The notes: generated by a model from the sequence alone, not told the origin. DNA of 64,000 nt from Paludibacteraceae bacterium (GCA_017937025.1 JAGBEJ010000012.1:132411-196410), one strand, 5' to 3'; shown: positions 20,101 to 28,980, numbered from the stretch's first letter. Translations and numbers: made by a program.

Positions 20101-21266
20101 ACGGCTCTGGCACGCTGACTGTTTACAGCAATGCAGCAGACAACGGCAGAATCACAGCTATCGCAAACTCAAGCGGAACTGTACTGACCGACGGAACATC
20201 CTCAAACACCAATACTGTAGAAATAAGCAGCGCCGGCGACTATTACATATACTCAACTGGCAGCAGTATGAACATATATATGATAATATTCGAAAGCGAT
20301 GCAAGCTGCACAGAAACCGTCGTAAACGGAACAAGCGCTGACGTGGCATACTCTACAGGAAACGTGATTTCTGTGCAAGCCGTAGGCGATGGAATACGCT
20401 ACAACAGCAGCGATTACGCTGTAGCAACAGAAGCCACTACACCAATAGCAGCAAATGTGACTTTGACAAGCGCCGCATCAACAAACGCACAGACAATAAC
20501 CAAGACAGAGAGCATTTCCAACATCACATACACATACACCGGCAATGCGACAATCACATGGACAGGAACCGATTCCGAGACCACTGCGCCTGACGGCATA
20601 ACCGTAACTGCTGCCGACGGAAACATAAGCATAAGCGGAACTCCAACAACAGAAGGCACATACGGATACACGATAGCTGCCACAGCCATAAACGGAGGTA
20701 CGCCTGCCAACGACAGCAAGAGCGGAACGATTACTGTGAATGCCCTGCCAGCCCCTGTCATATCAACCAGTTCAACTACAACACAGAGCATAACAATCGG
20801 CGAGGCGATAAGCAGCATAACTTACAATTCTGACATCGCGGCCAACTGGACTGTAACGGGACTGCCAAGCGGAGTGACATACGAAGTAGCAGGCAACAAC
20901 AAGTCTATAACAATAAGCGGAACTCCGAGCGCAATTGCCACATCGAACTTCACTGTGAAAGCAGCAAATCCGAGCGATGCAAGCAAGTTCGACACAGCAA
21001 ACGGCACTATCACCGCCAGCGCAGCTTCATGCGGAAAGCTCGTGACATTCAACCTTAATGTCGCTCCTGCAGGAAGCTACAGATTGAAACTGTACAACGG
21101 TGGCGGCTCTGTCGTGGCGACGATATTCTCGGGCTCGTTGCCTGAAGGCAGAAGCTCGATTATCGCCAACGTCTCTGCCATAAGCGCTGGCTCATACACA
21201 TACAAACTTGTGGACGGCAGCGACAATGTTATAAACAGCCAGACTGGCGCAGTGACGATTCCATAA
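17127..21266 (+). CDS. Giant secreted PL1-like protein (1379 aa): pectate-lyase-like domain, multiple He_PIG Ig units, Fn3-like linkers, two copies of an unassigned ~140-aa module, T9SS-CTD-like tail (paralogue 3)
   Basis: Signal peptide MRNFLLSFLTLLTLSLACEAQ. PL1-like motifs AWVDHCDFQDGCDGNFD and KERMLRMRNADIHFLNDYW. Repeated units of the type VTGLPSGVEYTIDASGRITISGTATVAGTYNYTV. Confidence 0.7.
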   Translation: MRNFLLSFLTLLTLSLACEAQNYCLTAPIGYGRSATGGTGKAITLVTNQTGLQNAIKNGNGIYIITTNITVSTHLSGSGSNYTLLGLPGVRLINNTQNSSNSGILYLKGSNIIIRNLIFEGPGAYDCDGWDNLCFDGVKNAWVDHCDFQDGCDGNFDNKGKTDNISVTWCRFRYLKSPKAGGSGGTDDHRFTNLLGSSSSDKPDDGTYNLTWAYCWWDHGCKERMLRMRNADIHFLNDYWNSSVANYYIGPENAKAYIEGCWFQGLASSKVWKGYGGTNACKFVNSYGSSGLPSNSGSPTTPSYAYTAYSYTDAKNYVTNASCGAGATLIVDTDGNISSPCDAAEPTITLFSAATTAEQNVQEGDAITSIVYTYGGSANAFEITYKANGSTVSKPSWLTANTSGNKVTFSGTPTTIGSANTTYTIRINSTDGSSDSEVLTATIAVTPLTPGTLVKTSGSNTQTIYKDQPISNIVYTYGGGATGATVTGLPSGVEYTIDASGRITISGTATVAGTYNYTVSTTGGSSQTSLTGTITVNNPTTLATPSATYTTSGSTANVSWAAVPNASSYNVQVCSSSGAAGTTTNTWDMASIYTASSGSIASTSTYSGLTVVPKDGTPITVESNSKTFSDGYSGTYRLKTGGASAMSGSTPTNRYMSFSVDGPSKITVWFISGGSSERTLTISDGTDDLGFATSSSSSDPKIATGVYTGAGGTIYIYVDASINIYKVAVEPKATESCNTYNTTSTTYDATVSGTSTISVQAVGNGIGYMSSEYAAAVEASVPVGATLALSSTSANATTFESSAITNITYTYTGIPTITWTGTASSSTAPAGVSVSTSDGVITISGTPTTAGTYGYSINVAAISGGTPASASGSGTITVNSAEDLTEPTATYTVDGATASVSWSAVAGASSYNVQVCTGSGGSNQTIGFSEYEIEAYASTGAVLSSTLAIVNTSKTVSIVSGSGTAGGESYTKYCKLSGGGSTTNCALKVTLDGSGTLTVYSNAADNGRITAIANSSGTVLTDGTSSNTNTVEISSAGDYYIYSTGSSMNIYMIIFESDASCTETVVNGTSADVAYSTGNVISVQAVGDGIRYNSSDYAVATEATTPIAANVTLTSAASTNAQTITKTESISNITYTYTGNATITWTGTDSETTAPDGITVTAADGNISISGTPTTEGTYGYTIAATAINGGTPANDSKSGTITVNALPAPVISTSSTTTQSITIGEAISSITYNSDIAANWTVTGLPSGVTYEVAGNNKSITISGTPSAIATSNFTVKAANPSDASKFDTANGTITASAASCGKLVTFNLNVAPAGSYRLKLYNGGGSVVATIFSGSLPEGRSSIIANVSAISAGSYTYKLVDGSDNVINSQTGAVTIP

Positions 21267-21289
21267 ACGCTAATCCATAATAAAAATGA

Positions 21290-21329
21290 CAAGGCAGAGG
21301 TGCGAATAAGCTCTCTGCCTTGTTTATTT
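21290..21329 (+). terminator. Rho-independent terminator of paralogue 3
   Basis: CAAGGCAGAG / CTCTGCCTTG perfect 10-bp stem with a 13-nt loop, then TTTATTTC. Confidence 0.7.
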
Positions 21330-21578
21330 CTTATTGTGCCTATTTACTTCATCCTCCCGCCATTCCTGCTATTCAGCAAGAGCACACCAAATGCAGAAAC
21401 AACTACATAATACTGATTAACAATAGACTATACAAATTCGAGCAATCACCATCACCAAAGATTAAGTGTTATAAAAATTAACAGGAGCCATTCTTCCGAG
21501 AGTGGCTTTTATCTTGTCATATAGGCATTTTCAAAAGAAAAATCAGTCCTGCGCGCATCCGCTTTTTAAGTTAATAAT

Positions 21579-21605
21579 ATGTTGAGAAACATGTTTTTAC
21601 AACAT
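21579..21605. promoter_or_regulatory. 27-bp imperfect palindrome ATGTTGAGAAACATGTTTTTACAACAT
   Basis: Arms ATGTTG/CAACAT plus an inner perfect palindrome AAACATGTTT. It lies 42 nt upstream of the -7 box, the same spacing as the copy at 16990. Confidence 0.5.
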
Positions 21606-21647
21606 AAAATCATATCTTCCTCATATTCAACAAAAAGAAACAATAAG

Positions 21648-21655
21648 TATTTTTG
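21648..21655 (+). promoter_or_regulatory. -7 promoter box TATTTTTG ahead of paralogue 4
   Basis: TAnnTTTG match. The ORF-track TTG start at 21661 is rejected in favour of ATG 21712 with a signal peptide. Confidence 0.55.
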
Positions 21656-21711
21656 ACACATTGCGTGCATTTGTCTCGCAACTAAAAAATACTAAGAAAA
21701 ACACACATATT

Positions 21712-24700
21712 ATGAGGAAATTTTTACTCGCATTTGCGGCGTTATTGTCTATAACGCTCGGAGCATCAGCTCAGACACCGAGCTACTGTTTGCCCTCGGC
21801 AATCGGTTATGCATCGGGAGTGACAGGAGGAGCAGGAAAATCTGTGACTCTCGTCACGAACCAGTCGCAACTTGCCACGGCAGTGAAAAACGGTAACGGT
21901 ATTTACATTATCACACAAAGTTTCAATGTGACGTCTGTCATCAAAGGCACAGGAAGCAATTACACACTGCTCGCATTGCCAGGAGTAACACTGACAGGAA
22001 CGCTCCGCGACAAAGCAGCAGGTATTTTCAACTTCAGCGGCGGCAGCAACATCATTCTCCGCAACCTGACTTTAGTCGGTGCTGGAGCTTACGACTGCGA
22101 CGCTTCCACTGGTGACGACATCACACTGCAAGGCGCGAAGAACGTCTGGATAGACCACTGCGACCTCTCCGACGGTGTGGACGGCAACATAGACATAAAA
22201 TCGAGCTCGGATAACATAACCATCTCTTGGACTAAATTCCACTATGACAAAGCCCCTAAGGCTGGCGGTTCAGGAGGAACAGACGATCACCGTTTCAACG
22301 GTCTGATTGGCTCTTCATCAAGTGACAAACCATCAGATGGAACATATAATGTAAGCTTCATAGCAAACTGGTGGGCTGACGGCTGCGTTGAACGTATGCC
22401 AAGATGCCGAAACTGCCTTGTTCAGTGCATCAACGACTACTGGGGCTCAAAAGACGCCAACTATTATATAGGACCTGAAAACGGAAACCTATACTGCGAA
22501 GGCTGTTACTTCGACAACCGTTCAAGCAAGATTAAGACTTCCACCATTGTAAAATCCTACGGCGGAACGAACAAGATTCAATTCAAGGACTGCTACTCGC
22601 CAGTCACTCTGCCTACATCCACAACCGTGAATGCAAGCGCAAGCCTCGGCTCTTACGAAATACTTTCTGCCACAGCCGCAAAGACAGCGGTGACCAACAC
22701 CACATGCGGAGCCGGCGCAACACTTGAGGTCGATATAGCAACAGGTATGGTATCGTCGCCATGTAATGCTACAGAACCTACCATAGCACTGACATCCGCT
22801 TCGACCACCGCTTCGCAGAGCCTGCAGGAAGGCAATGCCATGACTAACATAACATATCAGTACGGAGGAAGCGCCAATGACTTTGAGATAACATACAAAG
22901 CGAACGGAAGCACTGTGTCTAAGCCATCATGGCTGACTGCGTCTAAGAGCGGTTCGGTGATGACATTCTCTGGCACGCCAACAACAATAAGCTCGGCAAA
23001 CACAACATACCAGATTCTCATCAATTCGACCGACGGTTCGCAAGACTCTGAGGTGCTGACGGCATCAATCTCCGTGCTGCCGCTCACGCCAGGCACTCTG
23101 ACACTCACAAGCGGCAGCGCGACACCGAACGTTTACACAGGTCAGAACTTGGCTAATATTGAATATACCTACGGCGGCGGAGCTACTGGCGCTACGGTGA
23201 GCGGTCTGCCTTCCGGCGTTGACTACACTGTGGATGCAGCCACAGGAAAGGTGACCATCTCCGGAACTCCTTCGGTAGCCGGCACATACAACTACACTGT
23301 GACGACTACCGGCGGCTCGGCTTCGGCGACAAAGAGCGGAACAATAACCGTCAGCGATCCGACAACACTGGCAACGCCTGCGCCAACCTACACGCTCAGC
23401 GGCACAACCGCAAATGTGACATGGTCTGCCGTGGAGAACGCAAGCAGCTATAACATTCAGGTCTGCTCGGCTTCAGGCGCATCGGGAACGACAAACGCCA
23501 GCTGGGAGGCATCAGGCATGACTGTCGGAGGCACAACAAGCGGACTGACGCTGACAAGCGACCTGAAAAGCCAAGCCAAAAACATAACATACCCTGACGG
23601 ATATTCAGGCAGTACCTGCATAAACACACAAGGAAACAGTTCTGCTTCGTCTGGCATGCCAACGAAGAGATACATGTCATTCACGGTTGATGGACCTGTG
23701 AAAATAACCGTCTGGTTTGCTACAAACAGCGATGGTTCTGCACGAGACGCATACATATCTGATGGTACAAACGAGATAGCAAGCAAGACTTCATCAAGAT
23801 CTAACTCAGGAGAAATCCTCGAAGGCAACTACACAGGAGCCGGAGGTACAATATATGTATATGCCGGTGCCTCAATAAACTTCAGTAAAGTGGCAGTAGA
23901 GCCAGCAGCGGCGTCAACTTGCAACACTTACAACACGACAAGCACGTCTTACAGCGTGACTGGTGTCAGTGACCCTGCCAACACGACTATTTCCGTTCAG
24001 GCGGTAGGCGACGGCGTGGGCTACGAGTCGAGCGCATACGTCGAGGCACAGTCGGCAGCTGTGGCTGTCCCTGCAAACATCACGCTGACATCGCCAAGCG
24101 GCGATGCAACACTGTACGCATATCAGTCCCTGCCAACCATCAGATACACCTACACCGGCACGCCAACCGTCACATGGACCGGCACAGCATCGGCTTCTAC
24201 GCCTCCAGCCGGAGTGACAGTGAACAACACTGCCGGAGTAATAACTCTGACCGGAACACCAACAACTCCTGGCACTTATGGCTACAGCATCAACGTGGCA
24301 GCCATAAACGGCGGAACACCTGCAACAGCCAATGCTTCAGGAACGCTGACTGTCAACTCGCCTGTTGCCTTGGCTGCTCCTACTGCATCATACACCGTAA
24401 GCGGCACAAAGGCTAACGTCACTTGGTCTGCCATAGCCGGAGCGACAGGCTACGTCATCAAAGTTTGCTCTAACCCAAGCGACGAGTCAACATGCGACGA
24501 GACGAACGTCAGCTCGACTACTGCCAGCGTTGACTACAGCGACGGCGATGTAGTTACCATCATGGCTGAAGGCGACGGCATCACAACAGCAAACAGCCCA
24601 TGGGCAACAGCGACTAAGACTGCCACACCTGTGCCTGCAAGCGTAAGCATGACGAGCGCAAGCGGCACTAACGCACAGTCGATATCAGTCGGCGACGCCA

Positions 24701-25185
24701 TAACCAACATCACATACAACTTCACTGGAACTGCTGCTGTGACATGGACAGGCACGGCATCAGCCTCAACACCGCCTTCAGGCATGAACGTGACAATCGG
24801 CACAAACACTATAACCATAAGCGGAACGCCTGTGGACAACGGTTCTTACGGATATACAATCACAGCAAACGCAATAGCCGGAGGAACACCAGCCACAGCG
24901 ACTGCCAATGGCTCGCTCAGAGTCAATGCCGTGGTTATCCCTGCGTCATGCGGCGGTTCGATAGACCTTGTGCTGAACATCAGCACGCCTGGCACATACG
25001 ACATAAACATTTACAATGCCGGAGGCACACTCGTTTACAAGGCTGCCAAGAACACGGTCATGACAGCCGGAAACAACACAATCATGATAAATCCGGGCTG
25101 CTTGGCAAGCGGAACATACACATACAAAGTGGAGAGCGGAACCACACTGATTGACGGTCAGACTAACACCATCGTAGTTCCTTAA
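21712..25185 (+). CDS. Giant secreted PL1-like protein (1157 aa), same architecture as paralogue 3 with one copy of the unassigned module (paralogue 4)
   Basis: Signal peptide MRKFLLAFAALLSITLGASAQ. Motifs VWIDHCDLSDGVDGNID and VERMPRCRNCLVQCINDYW. He_PIG-type units. C-terminal tail ...GTYTYKVESGTTLIDGQTNTIVVP. Confidence 0.7.
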   Translation: MRKFLLAFAALLSITLGASAQTPSYCLPSAIGYASGVTGGAGKSVTLVTNQSQLATAVKNGNGIYIITQSFNVTSVIKGTGSNYTLLALPGVTLTGTLRDKAAGIFNFSGGSNIILRNLTLVGAGAYDCDASTGDDITLQGAKNVWIDHCDLSDGVDGNIDIKSSSDNITISWTKFHYDKAPKAGGSGGTDDHRFNGLIGSSSSDKPSDGTYNVSFIANWWADGCVERMPRCRNCLVQCINDYWGSKDANYYIGPENGNLYCEGCYFDNRSSKIKTSTIVKSYGGTNKIQFKDCYSPVTLPTSTTVNASASLGSYEILSATAAKTAVTNTTCGAGATLEVDIATGMVSSPCNATEPTIALTSASTTASQSLQEGNAMTNITYQYGGSANDFEITYKANGSTVSKPSWLTASKSGSVMTFSGTPTTISSANTTYQILINSTDGSQDSEVLTASISVLPLTPGTLTLTSGSATPNVYTGQNLANIEYTYGGGATGATVSGLPSGVDYTVDAATGKVTISGTPSVAGTYNYTVTTTGGSASATKSGTITVSDPTTLATPAPTYTLSGTTANVTWSAVENASSYNIQVCSASGASGTTNASWEASGMTVGGTTSGLTLTSDLKSQAKNITYPDGYSGSTCINTQGNSSASSGMPTKRYMSFTVDGPVKITVWFATNSDGSARDAYISDGTNEIASKTSSRSNSGEILEGNYTGAGGTIYVYAGASINFSKVAVEPAAASTCNTYNTTSTSYSVTGVSDPANTTISVQAVGDGVGYESSAYVEAQSAAVAVPANITLTSPSGDATLYAYQSLPTIRYTYTGTPTVTWTGTASASTPPAGVTVNNTAGVITLTGTPTTPGTYGYSINVAAINGGTPATANASGTLTVNSPVALAAPTASYTVSGTKANVTWSAIAGATGYVIKVCSNPSDESTCDETNVSSTTASVDYSDGDVVTIMAEGDGITTANSPWATATKTATPVPASVSMTSASGTNAQSISVGDAITNITYNFTGTAAVTWTGTASASTPPSGMNVTIGTNTITISGTPVDNGSYGYTITANAIAGGTPATATANGSLRVNAVVIPASCGGSIDLVLNISTPGTYDINIYNAGGTLVYKAAKNTVMTAGNNTIMINPGCLASGTYTYKVESGTTLIDGQTNTIVVP

Positions 25186-25207
25186 GGAAACTCTACTGTA
25201 AAACAAG

Positions 25208-25244
25208 AAAGGGAGATGCCACTGAGCGTCTCCCTTTTGTTTTA
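25208..25244 (+). terminator. Terminator between convergent paralogue 4 and the GT2 gene
   Basis: AAAGGGAGA / TCTCCCTTT stem with a 12-nt loop, then TGTTTT. Confidence 0.65.
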
Positions 25245-25256
25245 TCTCCGCATATC

Positions 25257-26357
25257 CTACATTCGTCTGCCCTTCCAACTGTTCGGCAAAAGCCCTCTAA
25301 ACGCAGACACAAGTACATAAAATGGATAAACGACAGACAGGATTACAACCTCGAAAGGCGCGACGACACCCGCCATGCCTACTCTTTTCGCATAAGTCCT
25401 GAGGAAAGCGAAGTCAGCCAGAGCCTTAATCGCGAAAAGCAGCACAAAAAGGTAAAGATACAGTGGACTGAAAAATGCGCCGACTGCCGATGCAATTATC
25501 GACAGATTAGCCAGCAGAACCACAATGGCGGTCAATATCGTGTCGGCGTCTTTGTATGACGTGGCTTTGCCTGCCCACCTCGCACGCTGCGAGAAGAAGG
25601 CGGAAAGCGTTTCGTTAGGGAGCGTATAGACGGTGGAATCGGGCGAGAACGAGAAGGCTATCCTGCCGCCGCTTCGCTTCACATAGTGCAGGAAGAAAAC
25701 ATCGTCGCCGCTCATTCTGTCGTTGCCGTCGAAGGCTGAGGCGTCATACAAGCTGCGTTTGAAAGCAAGGTTGGCGGAGTTGCACATCGTGGCGCGGCTC
25801 CTGCAGATACTGCCTGCCGTAGAAGCCTGAAGGCTCATGAACTCCAGACGCTGCAGACGTTTGAACAGTGTCTGATGAGCTGACGACACATCCACCATAT
25901 CGACAGGTGAAGCCAAGATGTCCGCGTTGTTTTCCTCGAAGTCAGCTACGACAGAGGCTATCCAGTTACGCTGCACACGGCAGTCGGCATCGGTCGTGAG
26001 AACAACATCGCCTTCAGCGAGCTTCACGCCAGCCGCCACAGCCGACTTTTTTCCTTCGGACGAATTTTTCAGAATCCGCAACCGTGGAAAGTCGGCGGCG
26101 ATGCGTTCGCACAGGGCAAAGGTCTCGTCGTCGGAATGGTCATCGACGACAATTACTTCAAAGTCGGGATAAGTCTGCGCCTTGAGATCTGAAAGTATCT
26201 TGGTTATGTTTGCCTCTTCGTTGCGCGCGGCAATGACGACCGACACCTTGCGTGTCGCATGGCCGTCATGCTCCTTAGGCGACGAAGGCAACGCCCTCCT
26301 CCACCATTCCACGAGAACGGCATAGGCGGCAACGAATATCGGCAGTGCTACAACCAC
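25257..26357 (-). CDS. Family 2 glycosyltransferase, membrane-associated
   Basis: GT2 signature VSVVIAARNEEANITKILSDLKAQTYPDFEVIVVDDHSDDET and a TDADC motif. There are N- and C-terminal TM segments. It overlaps the murF stop by 10 nt. Confidence 0.8.
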   Translation of the reverse strand: MVVALPIFVAAYAVLVEWWRRALPSSPKEHDGHATRKVSVVIAARNEEANITKILSDLKAQTYPDFEVIVVDDHSDDETFALCERIAADFPRLRILKNSSEGKKSAVAAGVKLAEGDVVLTTDADCRVQRNWIASVVADFEENNADILASPVDMVDVSSAHQTLFKRLQRLEFMSLQASTAGSICRSRATMCNSANLAFKRSLYDASAFDGNDRMSGDDVFFLHYVKRSGGRIAFSFSPDSTVYTLPNETLSAFFSQRARWAGKATSYKDADTILTAIVVLLANLSIIASAVGAFFSPLYLYLFVLLFAIKALADFAFLRTYAKRVGMAGVVAPFEVVILSVVYPFYVLVSAFRGLLPNSWKGRRM

Positions 26358-27661
26358 TCAACGACCTTGTCTAAATGATTGCCGTTCGAGCCCTTGACGA
26401 GGATTGTCTTTCCCTCTATCGGATTTGCCTTGACATCGGCGATGAGCGCATCGACATCGGCATATCGAGGGAACGATGTCCGCGCATTGTCGAAGCAATG
26501 TCCCACAAGGCGAACATCGGTCAGACCGAAGTTCTCCAGCATGTCGATTATCTTCTGGTGCTCGGCATCGCTGTCGGAACCGAGCTCACGCATCTCGCCA
26601 AGTATGAGAGCCTTGTCAGGCAGTGCCACCTCGTTGAAGTTGTTTATGGAAGCCGCCATGCTTGTCGGGTTGGCGTTGTAAGCGTCTATTATGAGTGAAT
26701 TGCGCTCGGTCTTCTTGAACTGCGAGCGGCTGTTTGTAGGCTTGTAGTTTTCTATAGCATTCTTAATCTGCGACGGCGCCACACCGAAATAAGTGCCGAC
26801 ACACACTGCCGCCAGCACGTTTTCCGCGTTGTATGCACCTATGAGCGATGTCTCAAGCACATATTCCTTGTCGTCGCCGGCAACGGAGAACTTCATAGTC
26901 AGGAACGGAGAATTGGACATAACACTGCCGCACACAAGTCCGCTCTTGTCTTTCAGTCCGTAGCCTATGCGGTTTATGCCCTCGCTCTTCTCCACAAGTA
27001 TCTCGTTGTCGAGATTCACAAAGACGGAACTATCGGACTGACGAAGGAAATCGTAAAGCTCGCACTTAGTCTTTATCACGCCTTCGAAACTGCCGAATCC
27101 GGCAAGGTGCGCACGTCCCACGTTGGTTATGAGTCCTATGTTAGGCGCAGCGATGTCAACCAGTTCCTTAATGTCGCCAGGATGGCTCGCGCCCATCTCC
27201 ACGACGGCTATCTGGTGCTCTTTGGTTATGCTCAGCACCGTCAGCGGCACACCGATGTGGTTGTTCAGATTTCCTTTGGTGTATAATATATTGTACTTCG
27301 AGCCAAGCACAGCCGACACGAGTTCCTTGGTCGTCGTCTTGCCGTTTGTTCCGGTTATGCCCACGACAGGCAGTCCGATTGCTATGCGGTGGTAAGCGGC
27401 AAGCTGCTGCAGCGTCTTAAGCACATTGTCCACGAGTATGCACTTGTCGGACACGGCATATTCAGCCTCATCAACCACAGCGTAAGAGCAGCCTTTATCC
27501 AAAGCCGCCTGCGCAAACTTGTTGCCGTCAAAACTCTCGCCCTTGAGAGCGAAGAAAATCGAGCCTTCCGGAGTGTTGCGGCTGTCGGTCGTCACAACAG
27601 GGTGCTGCTCGTAAATTTTATAAAGATCTTCTATCGACATTTCGTTCATTATTTTTGTCAT
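26348..27661 (-). CDS. murF: UDP-N-acetylmuramoyl-tripeptide--D-alanyl-D-alanine ligase
   Basis: Motifs VTTDSRNTPEGSIFFALKGESFDGNKF, P-loop GITGTNGKTTTKE and DAYNANP. Start set at ATG 27661 (MTKIMNEMSIEDLY); ATG 27649 or 27640 are equally possible. Confidence 0.85.
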   Translation of the reverse strand: MTKIMNEMSIEDLYKIYEQHPVVTTDSRNTPEGSIFFALKGESFDGNKFAQAALDKGCSYAVVDEAEYAVSDKCILVDNVLKTLQQLAAYHRIAIGLPVVGITGTNGKTTTKELVSAVLGSKYNILYTKGNLNNHIGVPLTVLSITKEHQIAVVEMGASHPGDIKELVDIAAPNIGLITNVGRAHLAGFGSFEGVIKTKCELYDFLRQSDSSVFVNLDNEILVEKSEGINRIGYGLKDKSGLVCGSVMSNSPFLTMKFSVAGDDKEYVLETSLIGAYNAENVLAAVCVGTYFGVAPSQIKNAIENYKPTNSRSQFKKTERNSLIIDAYNANPTSMAASINNFNEVALPDKALILGEMRELGSDSDAEHQKIIDMLENFGLTDVRLVGHCFDNARTSFPRYADVDALIADVKANPIEGKTILVKGSNGNHLDKVVEWL

Positions 27662-27668
27662 ATCTTTG
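27661..27668 (+). promoter_or_regulatory. -7 promoter box TATCTTTG ahead of aroA
   Basis: TAnnTTTG match 24 nt upstream of ATG 27693, in the short divergent murF/aroA spacer. Confidence 0.45.
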
Positions 27669-27692
27669 CCAACCACAAAGGTAAAAAATATA

Positions 27693-28940
27693 ATGGCTCT
27701 GACATATAAAATAACAAAACCTTCAGCGCTGAAAGCAACGGTATCACTGCCGGCATCAAAAAGCATAAGCAACCGGGCATTGATATTGAACGCACTGGCT
27801 CAAGGCGACACCAATCAGCTCACCAACATATCCGACTGCGACGACACTAACGTAATGCTCAAAGCACTGACTTTCAAGTCAAACGACATAAACATCGGCG
27901 CGGCTGGCACATCAATGAGATTCCTCACAGCATTCCTTTCCGCTACACCAGGCACATGGAGCATAACCGGAAGCGAGAGAATGAAGCAGCGCCCGATAAA
28001 GATACTCGTCGAAGCGCTGAGGAAAATAGGAGCCGACATCGAATACATCGGGAACGAAGGATTTCCGCCTCTGAAAGTAAACGGAAAGGATTTGGAAGGC
28101 GGAGAGATAGAACTGGACGGCAGCGTGTCGTCGCAATACATTTCCGCGCTGCTGATGATTGCGCCAAAACTGAAGAAAGGCCTCTGCCTCAAGCTAACTG
28201 GCGAAGTGATTTCAAAGCCTTATATCAAAATGACACTGAGCATGATGAAGGACTTCGGCATTGAATCACGCTTCAGCGGCAATATAATAGAGGTGAAACC
28301 GCAAGCCTACCGCAAGACAGCCTACGAGATAGAGAGCGACTGGTCGGGCGCAAGCTACTGGTACGAGATGATGGCGATAAGCAAAAGCGGAGAAATAAGA
28401 CTGAAAGGACTGAGAAAGAACAGCACGCAAGGCGACTCGCTCATAGCTGAGTTTTTCATGAAATACGGCATAAATACAGAATACACGGCCGACGGCGTGA
28501 CGCTGACATACGACCACAGCCTCACGAGCGCTGACGACACAATAGAAATCGACTTTGTGGAACAGCCGGACATGGCGCAGACCTTCGTAGTCACATCATG
28601 CGCGCTCAACAGAAAGTTCCATTTTTACGGACTGCGCTCGCTCAAGATAAAGGAAACCGACAGAATAGCCGCACTGACAAACGAACTCAGGAAACTCGGC
28701 TATGTGCTGAACGAGCTTAAGGACGGCGAGCTGGCATGGGACGGCACCACATGCGAACAGGCAGAACACGCCGCCATCGACACCTACGAAGACCACAGAA
28801 TGGCACTGTCATTCGCGCCGTTTTCACTGACTGGCGCAAGCATCTGCGTCAGGAATCCTCAAGTGGTGTCAAAATCATATCCGGATTTCTGGAACGACAT
28901 CGCAAAAGCAGGTTTCACAATAGAGGAAACAGACCTGTAA
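27693..28940 (+). CDS. aroA: 3-phosphoshikimate 1-carboxyvinyltransferase (EPSP synthase)
   Basis: LPASKSISNRALILNALA N-terminal signature, GAAGTSMRFL, and a DHRMALSFAP C-terminal motif. Confidence 0.9.
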   Translation: MALTYKITKPSALKATVSLPASKSISNRALILNALAQGDTNQLTNISDCDDTNVMLKALTFKSNDINIGAAGTSMRFLTAFLSATPGTWSITGSERMKQRPIKILVEALRKIGADIEYIGNEGFPPLKVNGKDLEGGEIELDGSVSSQYISALLMIAPKLKKGLCLKLTGEVISKPYIKMTLSMMKDFGIESRFSGNIIEVKPQAYRKTAYEIESDWSGASYWYEMMAISKSGEIRLKGLRKNSTQGDSLIAEFFMKYGINTEYTADGVTLTYDHSLTSADDTIEIDFVEQPDMAQTFVVTSCALNRKFHFYGLRSLKIKETDRIAALTNELRKLGYVLNELKDGELAWDGTTCEQAEHAAIDTYEDHRMALSFAPFSLTGASICVRNPQVVSKSYPDFWNDIAKAGFTIEETDL

Positions 28941-28972
28941 ATACATTTTTTTGTCGTTATCTATTTTTTAAT

Positions 28973-28980
28973 TAATTTTG
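28973..28980 (+). promoter_or_regulatory. -7 promoter box TAATTTTG ahead of tig
   Basis: TAnnTTTG match 57 nt upstream of ATG 29038. Confidence 0.4.

Larger units (their letters stand above)
21441..21711 (+). repeat. Duplicated copy of the 16850-17126 segment (3-prime end of the lipoprotein gene, terminator, palindrome, promoter, leader)
   Basis: Block-wise identity: ..CACCAAAGATTAAGTGTTATAAAAATTAACAGGAGCCATTC.., GTTAATAATATGTTGAGAAACATGTTTTTACAACATAAAATC, AACAATAAGTATTTTTGACACATTGCG. Positions 21441-21465 are a relic of the last codons and stop of the 16418-16876 gene. Confidence 0.75.
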
